From a virus: a stretch of DNA of 62,364 nt. Location of the stretch: positions 1 to 62,364 of IMG/VR virus record IMGVR_UViG_3300028831_000121. One strand, given 5' to 3'. Both the position numbers and the translations under genes were made by a program. The notes below the pieces were generated by a model, which saw only the letters and a program-made list of their open reading frames with translations, did no database searches and was not told the origin of the DNA. Every line of letters begins with the position of its first letter. Position 1 is the stretch's first letter. Positions 35,843 to 43,017 of this stretch are shown one piece after another.

Positions 35843-36087
35843 TATTTGATCGTCCTCTCAGTGATGAATTTGAAGGTGTAGATACACGCCTCCACTATCC
35901 ATTATAACATTCGAGTCAAATCGACTTGGCCCATTTGGGCCATCCGGCTGCAAGTTTGCTGAATGAATCTTCATTGAAAATAAATATTTGAGATGAAAGT
36001 TGGCCCATGTAGCCATTCAATCTACTCCCGTCTGTTGAAATTCATCATTTAGGAAAAATGTCAGCACAAAACATCATGCTATTCCCT

Positions 36088-36135
36088 GGTTGTTACTGGT
36101 GGCCGCGAAGCGCGGACTGTTACGTTGAAAGCTAC
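36088..36135 (+). repeat. Bipartite element copy (GGTTGTTACTGG, CCGCGAAGCGCGG hairpin, CGTTGAAAGCTA)
   Basis: Box2 ends 1 nt from the stop of the HD gene (antisense). Confidence 0.7.
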
Positions 36136-36756
36136 TCAATCACCGACTGCGCAGGTACACGCATCGTTGTCCGGTTGACGCTGACCATAGGCCGCGCAAT
36201 TCGGCGCGTGACGGGTTAGCGCGTTGAACATATTCAGATAGCTAATCCGCGCTATCGCTGGCGTCCACGGCTCGATCTTCATTTCTAACGCCCCCACTCG
36301 GTAATCTTTCCACTCAGCGGGCGCGGGCTTCATTAAGTCCCGTTGCTCCGTTCGCAGTAATTGATTGTCAGCGGTTTTCACGCACGCGGGTTCAGTTGCG
36401 CTAAGGAAGAACCAGTTGAAGATTTTGCCTTGTAGGCGCTTTTCAGCTTCGCGGTAAGATTCCATTCCCAACGAGTGCTTGATTGGGCGCGGCACGTCGA
36501 TTAGGTAAGCCTCAGAGGCGTCATGCAATAAGCCGTAAAGTGCGTATTCAGGTGGCACAACCTCGGCCACTAAACAGCAATGTTGGGCCACTGAATAGAA
36601 CTGTTCGGTGTGTCCACCATAGCGACAAAGGTTCGACAAAGCGTGAGCGATGTCTTGTATGTCAATGTCTGCAAGGTTCGGCTCAAGCGGCCAGAACTGC
36701 TTGCCCGTGTACGTCTGAATCCAGTCCGTGTGTTTTGGTGCGATTACCGCGCCCAT
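36136..36756 (-). CDS. HD-domain phosphohydrolase
   Basis: GGHTEQFYSVAQHCCLV and GLLHDASEAYLIDVPRPIK give the H...HD...D signature. Confidence 0.75.
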   Translation of the reverse strand: MGAVIAPKHTDWIQTYTGKQFWPLEPNLADIDIQDIAHALSNLCRYGGHTEQFYSVAQHCCLVAEVVPPEYALYGLLHDASEAYLIDVPRPIKHSLGMESYREAEKRLQGKIFNWFFLSATEPACVKTADNQLLRTEQRDLMKPAPAEWKDYRVGALEMKIEPWTPAIARISYLNMFNALTRHAPNCAAYGQRQPDNDACTCAVGD

Positions 36757-36839
36757 TGGTTAGCCTCCAACTTCCCAACTCGCTCGCTTTCGAGCGGTAC
36801 AACCGATCAAGATTCGTAATAGGTGTAGTGGTTTTCATC
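36757..36839 (-). repeat. ATGAAAACC cassette + GAAA-loop hairpin + box2 immediately upstream of the HD gene start
   Basis: Minus strand reads GATGAAAACCACTACACC...CGCTCGAAAGCGAGCG...GTTGGAGGCTAACCA-ATG. Confidence 0.7.
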
Positions 36840-36922
36840 TCAACTAAAAATCTTTTGTTTTGAGGTTTGTTTTCTCCATTACAGATAAGAATTTAGTGTT
36901 CAGGAACGCTGCGATCTCCGTC

Positions 36923-36966
36923 ACGTTGTTATCCCGCGTTTCTCGCGCCGGTGCGTTGAGTGCTAA
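36923..36966 (+). repeat. Bipartite element copy (ACGTTGTTATCCC, hairpin, CGTTGAGTGCTA)
   Basis: The CTA of box2 is the antisense TAG stop of 36963-37175. Confidence 0.7.
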
Positions 36967-37175
36967 CCCAGCATTAGTTTGATTTGCGGTAAGTAATAAA
37001 TCAGCGCGTAGACCACGTAGCCCCAACCAAAGAACGCTGCAAACACCGCCCACCAGAAGGCGTGAAATAGCTTCCACGAAATGATGAAAGCAACGACGCC
37101 GCCAGCGGAGAACATTCCGCCAAAACAACCACAGCCGCCGCAACCGCTGTCGCCCGAAGACTCCGATTCACTCAT
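36963..37175 (-). CDS. Small membrane protein
   Basis: 70 aa with a Gly/Cys-rich N-terminus and two TM helices (VVAFIISWKLFHAFWWAVFAAFFGWGYVVYALIYY). Confidence 0.5.
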   Translation of the reverse strand: MSESESSGDSGCGGCGCFGGMFSAGGVVAFIISWKLFHAFWWAVFAAFFGWGYVVYALIYYLPQIKLMLG

Positions 37176-37594
37176 GCTGCTTTTCTTTCCGGCAGGATTA
37201 GCCCGCCATTGGCGTTAATTGCTCTCAGAACCGCTTGCTCCATCTCTGAGTGCGTCATTTCATAATCAAGTACGCTGTGCGCGTTCCTACACGCAATAGC
37301 GACCACATAAATGTCATTGCCTTGCATCTCTCGGCGCTTTTTGGAATGTGCCGGATCGAGAATCGCGCAACACTCGTGATCGATAAAAGGAAACTCGCAT
37401 CGTATCCGGCGTCGTGCTTCCAATTCGGGTTTCAAGAATCGCCACGCCTTGCGCCAATCGTTCGTCCTACGTCCGTTAGCCTTCAAGCGGCAGCCTCCGC
37501 GCAGCGGGGCTTTTCTCGATAGCATGGGCCGCGAGTTCTTGTCTGCATTCACCTTGATTCTGAACGCTGTCCTTCTCATCTGGCTACGCTTCAT
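37172..37594 (-). CDS. Putative NinG/YbcO-like (DUF1364-type) phage nuclease
   Basis: Basic N-terminus. IRCEFPFIDHECCAILDPAHSKKRR...VAIACRNAHSVLD resembles the YbcO Cys/His pattern. Confidence 0.4.
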   Translation of the reverse strand: MKRSQMRRTAFRIKVNADKNSRPMLSRKAPLRGGCRLKANGRRTNDWRKAWRFLKPELEARRRIRCEFPFIDHECCAILDPAHSKKRREMQGNDIYVVAIACRNAHSVLDYEMTHSEMEQAVLRAINANGGLILPERKAA

Positions 37595-37731
37595 CAAAGC
37601 TCGTCCCTGTCCGTTATGTCGTATTCAGCTTCTTCGCAGATAGAATCATCTGAATGTACGCAAACGATCTTTCCGTCTACCCGCTTAAAAACGTGCGTGT
37701 TTTGTTCGCAACCATTCAGAGCTACCCACAT
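37594..37731 (-). CDS. Hypothetical 45-aa protein
   Basis: ATG after GGGAGAA. Its stop overlaps the next start. Confidence 0.3.
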   Translation of the reverse strand: MWVALNGCEQNTHVFKRVDGKIVCVHSDDSICEEAEYDITDRDEL

Positions 37732-37806
37732 TTTGTTTCTCCCTTTAAGTAAAAACCATCAAAATCATTTATGTTGTGCGAGGGCCACAGCATCTCTCTA
37801 GCGTTC

Positions 37807-37846
37807 GCGTGTTATCCCTCTGTCGCCGCTGGTACGTTGACGCTAC
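37807..37846 (+). repeat. Bipartite element copy (GCGTGTTATCCC ... CGTTGACGCTA)
   Basis: The CTA of box2 is the antisense TAG stop of 37843-38100. Confidence 0.65.
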
Positions 37847-38100
37847 TCACGCACTTGGCGCTCGTTGCGCTCGCCGCAACCAAGGCATTCGCGCACCTGA
37901 AACCATTCCTGCGATGTGTACGGGTTCATCGACATGAACCCAAGCCGCGTAGTCTCTCGCGCAACGGGCCTACTCCAGCGCGTTCGCTTGTGCCAATGAA
38001 TGACGCACCACAAGGATCGGGGACGGCGATCCGGCTGCAAAGGCACGGACGCGGGAATCTCGCTCTCGATGATTGGCGTCGTTGAGTTTATTTCTTGCAT
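37843..38100 (-). CDS. Hypothetical protein
   Basis: 85 aa. The C-terminus has CLGCGERNE. Confidence 0.45.
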   Translation of the reverse strand: MQEINSTTPIIESEIPASVPLQPDRRPRSLWCVIHWHKRTRWSRPVARETTRLGFMSMNPYTSQEWFQVRECLGCGERNERQVRE

Positions 38101-38185
38101 AAGCCTCCAAGTTAGGCGTCGGCGTTTCGCCGCGCATTTATTCTCGAACCGTTGAATGCCCTGATGCTTTTGTCCGCATTAAACC

Positions 38186-38443
38186 TTAATCCAAACACGT
38201 ACAGAGATAATCTGACTTCTGACAGCACGTCATAACTTCTTTTGAAATTTCACCTAAGCCCTGACATTCAGGACATGACATAGTTTGTTCTTCATAAGGG
38301 CGATTAACTCTTGAGGGCCATTCATCTGGAATAGTTCCTTTACCTTCACAGCGTTTGCAGTCAATGACGATCTCGATCATCTCTGCTAGTTCCTGCTGTC
38401 TGAGTTCTATAGCAGCGGCCATGTTGTCGTTTGCTACTGACAT
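38186..38443 (-). CDS. Small protein with two DnaJ-type CxxCxGxG zinc-finger motifs
   Basis: Contains CKRCEGKG and CPECQGLG. 85 aa. Confidence 0.55.
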   Translation of the reverse strand: MSVANDNMAAAIELRQQELAEMIEIVIDCKRCEGKGTIPDEWPSRVNRPYEEQTMSCPECQGLGEISKEVMTCCQKSDYLCTCLD

Positions 38444-38925
38444 TAAATAAAATCCTTTTCAAACCAATTTTGTTCAGACGCCTGACCGTGATCGGGTTTG
38501 GTTGTTGAAAGCGCGGAAGCCGACGCATCGCGTTGAGTGCTCGGGTTAGTAAGAGCGAGCGCGGCGCGGGCCAGTTCAGTTCCATGTTGAGCGAGTCGCC
38601 AAACGCACGGCTCGCCCGCATCGTCGCAGCTTCCGTCACACACGTCAGCCGCCGCTCTCATTGCCAAGAAGCAGCCTTTTATTTCCTGAAGCGAGTCATC
38701 AAGTAAATCCCCGCGCACATAGGCAATATCGTTGTCATAGTATTTGTGATCGTGCACGACGGTATTTGCGTTGACCTCAACGAAGCGCAGTGACGCACCT
38801 TTCTGCCCAATCCACACTTTGTTCGGCGCGGGAAACGATGGAGCAGCACTCGTCTCCGGTGTCTTTTGAGACCCTGAACTTGGAATGTGGGAGTTCTGGT
38901 TTTCATTACTTAAATTCTTATCCAT
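38443..38925 (-). CDS. Hypothetical protein with NENQNSH leader
   Basis: 160 aa with SD AAAGGAG. The first 20 codons are the ATGAAAACC cassette read in the NENQ frame. The C-terminal 34 codons read through a bipartite element copy. Confidence 0.5.
   Translation of the reverse strand: MDKNLSNENQNSHIPSSGSQKTPETSAAPSFPAPNKVWIGQKGASLRFVEVNANTVVHDHKYYDNDIAYVRGDLLDDSLQEIKGCFLAMRAAADVCDGSCDDAGEPCVWRLAQHGTELARAALALTNPSTQRDASASALSTTKPDHGQASEQNWFEKDFI
38499..38543 (+). repeat. Bipartite element copy inside the 3' part of ORF 38443-38925
   Basis: Reads GGTTGTTGAAAGCGCGGAAGCCGACGCATCGCGTTGAGTGCT. Confidence 0.6.
38887..38907 (-). repeat. ATGAAAACC cassette copy
   Basis: Minus strand reads GATAAGAATTTAAGTAATGAAAACCAGAACTCCCACATTCC. 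Confidence 0.75.
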
Positions 38926-38989
38926 TTCTGATCTACTCCTTTATGGGTCTGATTCCGTCTGAACGCTATCTGTGTTTCATCGTGGGAAT

Positions 38990-39018
38990 ACTCTATTCTC
39001 AAACCAACAATTAGTCAA
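38990..39018 (-). promoter_or_regulatory. Leftward promoter (TTGACT-17-TAGAGT)
   Basis: The -35 at 39013-39018 overlaps the left arm of the 12-bp inverted repeat. Confidence 0.45.
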
Positions 39019-39088
39019 CAACTATTTCTAACGTTCTGCATGTTATTTCTTATCAACGAGTTAAACCGTTTTACAAAATAGTTGTTGA
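39015..39088. promoter_or_regulatory. 12-bp perfect inverted repeat TCAACAACTATT / AATAGTTGTTGA (50-nt spacer), operator candidate
   Basis: The arms lie at 39015-39026 and 39077-39088. Each overlaps a -35 hexamer of the divergent promoters. Confidence 0.6.
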
Positions 39089-39113
39089 ATAGTTGGCGCA
39101 AACCAAGTATAAA
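39085..39113 (+). promoter_or_regulatory. Rightward promoter (TTGAAT-17-TATAAA)
   Basis: The -10 ends 8 nt before the ATG at 39122, so the mRNA would be leaderless or nearly so. Confidence 0.5.
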
Positions 39114-39121
39114 TACGGGCC

Positions 39122-39322
39122 ATGAAGGGACTACTTACTACAGCGGAAGTTGCGGAGCGGTGGGGCTGTACGGCGCAATGGGTACAGGCGTTGTGCAAAA
39201 GTGAGCGGTTAAAGGCCGAACAGGTGGGTCGGGTTTATCTGATACGCGAGAGCGTGGCTAACAACTACGACCGCAAGGGGCCAGGGCGACCGCCATCCAA
39301 GACTAAACGGAGGAAGCGATGA
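39122..39322 (+). CDS. MerR/excisionase-type HTH protein with AT-hook-like tail
   Basis: LLTTAEVAERWGCTAQWVQALCKSERL follows the HTH_17 pattern. The C-terminus is GPGRPPSKTKRRKR. Confidence 0.65.
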   Translation: MKGLLTTAEVAERWGCTAQWVQALCKSERLKAEQVGRVYLIRESVANNYDRKGPGRPPSKTKRRKR

Positions 39323-39582
39323 GCGCGATTTCCGCTGAACAGGTAAAGAGTGCCGCACTCGCGGCGGGGCTATCGTTCGTGGTGAACCACGACTGCGCAA
39401 TTTGCCGAGTTGATGTTGGCTACGTTATTGACGGGGAGAAACTTTTCTATCGTTCGGGATGCGGATGCAGTTGGTCGCCAGATCGTGAGATACCGTGGCA
39501 AGAGGCAGCAGATTGGATCAACCTGCAATCTGATGAGAAGGTGCGACGCAATGTAGCCTCGCGGTTTGCTGTAACGCTGTGA
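39319..39582 (+). CDS. Hypothetical Cys-rich protein
   Basis: 87 aa, ATGA-coupled. Contains CAIC...GCGC. Confidence 0.5.
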   Translation: MSAISAEQVKSAALAAGLSFVVNHDCAICRVDVGYVIDGEKLFYRSGCGCSWSPDREIPWQEAADWINLQSDEKVRRNVASRFAVTL

Positions 39583-39651
39583 AACCCGGCGCACGAAAGC
39601 CCTTGACCGCCGTTAAGCGGCCAAAGGCCCGTGTGGGAGATAAACAGATTG

Positions 39652-39834
39652 CTAAAAGCCGAAGATGATCCGAAACACAAAAAGCGCACCGCGCAACGGT
39701 GTGACCGTAGTTTCGGAAACTAAAGTCACGGATGCCGGGCAATTCTGAGTGCATCTGGGCGGGTCTTGAATGTCGCCTGCAACGGCAGGAACGCACAATG
39801 CCACCAAAACGAGAACTAAGCGTAGGAATTTCAT
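39652..39834 (-). CDS. Small secreted peptide precursor
   Basis: 60 aa with SD AGGAGG 9 nt upstream. Signal peptide MKFLRLVLVLVALCVPAVAG. Divergent from the TPR-HTH gene. Confidence 0.5.
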   Translation of the reverse strand: MKFLRLVLVLVALCVPAVAGDIQDPPRCTQNCPASVTLVSETTVTPLRGALFVFRIIFGF

Positions 39835-39884
39835 TGGGAGGAGCCTCCTAACCAGACTTCGATCAGACTGAGGATTATAACACT

Positions 39885-40868
39885 GTGGACACCCAGGTAT
39901 CCGCCCTCACATACTCAAGCCAACTTGCACATGGAATCTCCCTCCTAGATAGCGATCCGCAGCAGGCTAAGGACGTGCTGAGCAGGGCTAGGGAGGGTCT
40001 ATCTGGTGATGAGCGGGACTTCTGCGATGTGGAGCTGGCGCGGGCCTACTGGCACTGCGGCGAGAAGGACGAAGTAAAGGCAATCCTAGAATGCGTTCAA
40101 CCTCAGACAGACGAAATACGGTTTGCCTGGGGGCTAATGCGGTCGATAGCGGAACCGCAGCACAAACGCGCCTTATCCTTCCTCAAAGCTATTGATCATC
40201 TAGTCGATCAAGCAGAACCTTTAGATCGCGGAAAGTTTTACTGCCAGCGCGGGTATCTCCACCGCCGGCTGAAAAAAAGAGACAAAGCAATCGAGGATTA
40301 CACGGCCGCAACTATCTGGTATGAGCAAGCGAAGGATCTTGTCCGCGTTGCCAGAATGAAAAACAATCTTGCAAACATTTACAAGGACGCAAAACGCTTT
40401 GATGATGCTCACGAATCGGTAGACGCTGCAATTTCAGGACTGAGCGGAGACTTGCTGGCCCAGGCTTATGACACGAAGGCGGGAATTTACTTAGCAGAGC
40501 AAAACTATGTCATGGCTGAAAAGTTCTCAGCAAAATCCATCTCTCTATTGGGCCAGGATCGTAGAGAACTATTAGCGGAGTCTCTTATCACGATGGCCCA
40601 GGCGCTTGCTGGTCTCAGCAGGTTTACCGAATCATCCCAAGTACTGGATAGGGCTACGGAATTTGCGAGATATTTAAACAACGATGACTTGTTAATTACA
40701 GTGTTGCAAGGCCGGATAAAAACCGTGTCGATCACTGAGTCTATTTGCCGCGAACGCGCCGTACTCACCGCTAAAGCACTAACCCATACAGCACGCGGCG
40801 CAGCGGCGAAACTCAACATTACTCACGCCGCAGTAAATAAATTTCTTGTAAAACATAATCTAAAATAA
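39885..40868 (+). CDS. TPR-repeat protein with C-terminal Fis-type HTH
   Basis: 327 aa with a GTG start. TPR-like helices (NNLANIYKDAKRFDDAHESVDAAI). The C-terminus has ARGAAAKLNITHAAVNKFLVKHNL. Confidence 0.6.
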   Translation: MDTQVSALTYSSQLAHGISLLDSDPQQAKDVLSRAREGLSGDERDFCDVELARAYWHCGEKDEVKAILECVQPQTDEIRFAWGLMRSIAEPQHKRALSFLKAIDHLVDQAEPLDRGKFYCQRGYLHRRLKKRDKAIEDYTAATIWYEQAKDLVRVARMKNNLANIYKDAKRFDDAHESVDAAISGLSGDLLAQAYDTKAGIYLAEQNYVMAEKFSAKSISLLGQDRRELLAESLITMAQALAGLSRFTESSQVLDRATEFARYLNNDDLLITVLQGRIKTVSITESICRERAVLTAKALTHTARGAAAKLNITHAAVNKFLVKHNLK

Positions 40869-41171
40869 TTAGTAAACTCCCTCTTGAAATGGTCGGGCCA
40901 CTTGTTGTAATCTGTCCGCTACCGTACAAAAGGCTGTTCGGCTGCTCCCATCACCCGTAATTGTTTCCGCTTGCCCAGAGGTCTTATGATCGCTTCTCAC
41001 TTGATACCGTCCCACGCAGTGCACTTAGTTGCAGCTATAACACACGACGACGACGGCGCTCACCGCGACGAACTTATCAAACTTATTGAGGGATTGGTTG
41101 ACTCAGAAGATGAGTCAGGAAACGCGGCTAAAGAGTACCTACGGCATTTAGGCGATCCGTGCGCGTGTGAG

Positions 41172-41558
41172 TCAGGATCGTCCCAGGCGTCGCATAATTT
41201 CATTATGCAACATGTCGATAGTAGGTCGTAATTCTTTCTGCTCTTTACCGGGAAGTTCCTTAAACTCATTCCACAATACTGCGAAGAGGCTTTCTTTGTA
41301 GCCGGACTCGTCTGTAATTGGCTTGCGCCGAAACACCGCAATCAATTCCTCCACTGGCCTGCCTAAACCCGCTGCAATAGCTTCTATAAGCCCCAGACTG
41401 GGGTTGTCTACATCTCCGCTAGCGACGTTGTGAACATATCCTCCGCTTAATTTATAGCCCAAAGCATTAGCCCGCTCCGCGACCTTCCGGTGGGATAAAC
41501 CAGCGTCGCGCATAACTCGATTTATGTATTCCTGCGGGGTTTCTCTGCGCTGGCTCAT
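41172..41558 (-). CDS. cI-like repressor (XRE-family HTH)
   Basis: 128 aa from MSQRRE. The HTH is LSHRKVAERANALGYKLSGGYVHNVASG. Divergent from the cro-like gene. Confidence 0.65.
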   Translation of the reverse strand: MSQRRETPQEYINRVMRDAGLSHRKVAERANALGYKLSGGYVHNVASGDVDNPSLGLIEAIAAGLGRPVEELIAVFRRKPITDESGYKESLFAVLWNEFKELPGKEQKELRPTIDMLHNEIMRRLGRS

Positions 41559-41580
41559 GGAGGCGGACACATTACTAAAT

Positions 41581-41672
41581 CCCTTGTCAGAGATAAAATG
41601 AGAATTTTCTGAAATACCTATTGACACGGAGGCGGCACTTGATGTTAAATGCGCCCTGTCAGATTTAACATG
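41581..41672. promoter_or_regulatory. Immunity-switch operators and rightward promoter
   Basis: Promoter TTGACA (41621)-18-TTAAAT (41645). Inverted repeat TGTTAAAT/ATTTAACA (41643-41670). Direct repeat CCYTGTCAGA at 41581 and 41653. Confidence 0.55.
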
Positions 41673-41723
41673 CATCACGTTATGAATATCCAACTCTACA
41701 ATCATCACCTTTTGGCGTACCAA

Positions 41724-41933
41724 ATGAAGCGGCTAAACAAGACCCCTGAACAGCTAGCGAAGGATGCCGGGGTATCCACTTTTTCAGTGCATTCCGGCCT
41801 CGCCGGGAACCTGGGGACGCTTAAAAAACTGCGGCGCTTAACGGATGCTCTAAACATAAATTGGGAGTTCATTACACGCACTGATCTACCGGAATCTCAG
41901 TATCGTCGTGCGGTTAGCGAGGCCGTGCGATGA
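41724..41933 (+). CDS. Cro-like HTH protein
   Basis: 69 aa. The HTH is TPEQLAKDAGVSTFSVHSGLAG. Confidence 0.6.
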   Translation: MKRLNKTPEQLAKDAGVSTFSVHSGLAGNLGTLKKLRRLTDALNINWEFITRTDLPESQYRRAVSEAVR

Positions 41934-42195
41934 GTGGGGGCCGATCATTTGTGGGGGCAGATCGGCCTCTGCCTTTCTTAACTTCGAGCGAGTGGCTACC
42001 ACGGTAGCCGAGTTTAATGAATCGCGCAATAGACGATTTAGGTTATTTGAAAACTAGCGCGGCGCATTGGGGCGAGTCGCGCAGTTGAAAAGAGGGGGCA
42101 AGTTCGTTTCATACCTCTACTCCCTTTTTACTGGTTTGAAAACAGAAGAATTCAGGGAAAGTTCGATTGCGAACCAAAAGCGTCTAGCTTCCTAA

Positions 42196-42242
42196 ACTTG
42201 TTGAGAGGGCGGCGCACAGAACGCGCCGACACGGTGACTTGA
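42196..42242 (+). repeat. Element copy (CTTGTTGAGAGG, GGCGCACAGAACGCGCC hairpin, GACACGGTGACTTGA) abutting the ATG at 42243
   Basis: Shares AAGCGTCTAG(G)CTT(T)CCT with 31281-31298 and its hairpin with 42975-42998. Confidence 0.55.
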
Positions 42243-42632
42243 ATGATTACGCCGGAGACACTTAAACAGACTCTAGCTGCCGATGGATGGCGGTTCGCCC
42301 CTGAGCCGCACAGCACTGGCGTTGGCTGGTACGCCTACCGGAATTTGAACGTTCCAGAGTTGGGCGAAGTTGTACTCGATTGCACATCAAACGAAAAACC
42401 GCCGCAGGTGATCATTAAGCCGTGGGAAATGGAGCGGCGCGGCGATACGCCTTATCGCTCGGTTGAGTTCAGCGTGGCAGGCGAAGTCGGCGGCGATCAG
42501 TGGGTCACGTTCAAGGTTTACAGCGTCTCGATGGATGACGCGATTGCGACGATTCCTCGCGCAACCGAAATCTTGCTCGCAGCATGGAACGCAGCAGCAG
42601 CACTCAAGACGCCAGCGACGATAGAGGGATAA
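42243..42632 (+). CDS. Hypothetical protein
   Basis: 129 aa. Its stop lies inside GGATAACAACC (inverted box1). Confidence 0.5.
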   Translation: MITPETLKQTLAADGWRFAPEPHSTGVGWYAYRNLNVPELGEVVLDCTSNEKPPQVIIKPWEMERRGDTPYRSVEFSVAGEVGGDQWVTFKVYSVSMDDAIATIPRATEILLAAWNAAAALKTPATIEG

Positions 42633-42653
42633 CAACCGTACGTTAGAGGGATG

Positions 42654-42686
42654 CAGTTTGTTCGCAATCGAAATCTTCACTGAATG
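42654..42686 (+). repeat. Element copy (CAGTTTGTTCGCAATCGAAATCTTCACTGAATG)
   Basis: Resembles the 35436-35469 variant. It lies 19 nt upstream of the ATG at 42706. Confidence 0.45.
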
Positions 42687-42705
42687 TTTTTGAGAGGTAA
42701 ATTCA

Positions 42706-42942
42706 ATGCTTCAACAGTCAGACATAGATAACAGCCCAACGCGTAAGAAATTCTACGTGGTACTTCCACAGATTAGAAATTCAATACAGCCGGATACTGC
42801 GATTGAAAGATTGAGATTCAAGTCGAAAAGTGAATTTGTACCACTCAAGGGAATAGCAATTATGAGTGCTTCATTTGCTCTGGCTTATCTACTTCTTTAT
42901 TTCGGGATGTTTGATTGGATATTCAAGATTTTTCAGGGTTAA
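42706..42942 (+). CDS. Small membrane protein
   Basis: 78 aa with a C-terminal TM helix (SASFALAYLLLYFGMF). Confidence 0.45.
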   Translation: MLQQSDIDNSPTRKKFYVVLPQIRNSIQPDTAIERLRFKSKSEFVPLKGIAIMSASFALAYLLLYFGMFDWIFKIFQG

Positions 42943-42967
42943 GAGCGAGCGCGTTCCCCAACTTTAG

Positions 42968-43010
42968 GGTTGTAGCGGCGGCAACAGAACGCCGCCGACT
43001 TGGTACGGAG
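42968..43010 (+). repeat. Element copy (GGTTGTAGC, GCGGCGGCAACAGAACGCCGCCG hairpin)
   Basis: The hairpin loop ACAGAAC is shared with 42210-42227. It lies upstream of the ATG at 43018. Confidence 0.5.
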
Positions 43011-43017
43011 AGTGGTT

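Noticed and set aside
38679-38906. 75-aa Arg-rich ORF starting at the cassette ATG (MKTRTPTFQV...)
   Set aside because: It is embedded out of frame in the better-supported 160-aa ORF and its composition is not protein-like. It is kept only as evidence that the cassette ATG opens a conserved MKT(R/T)(T/P)P frame.
40971-41231. 86-aa plus-strand ORF (TTG start)
   Set aside because: It overlaps the 3' end of the convergent repressor gene by 60 nt and has no canonical start or SD. It may be real from the internal ATG at 40986, but the evidence is too weak.
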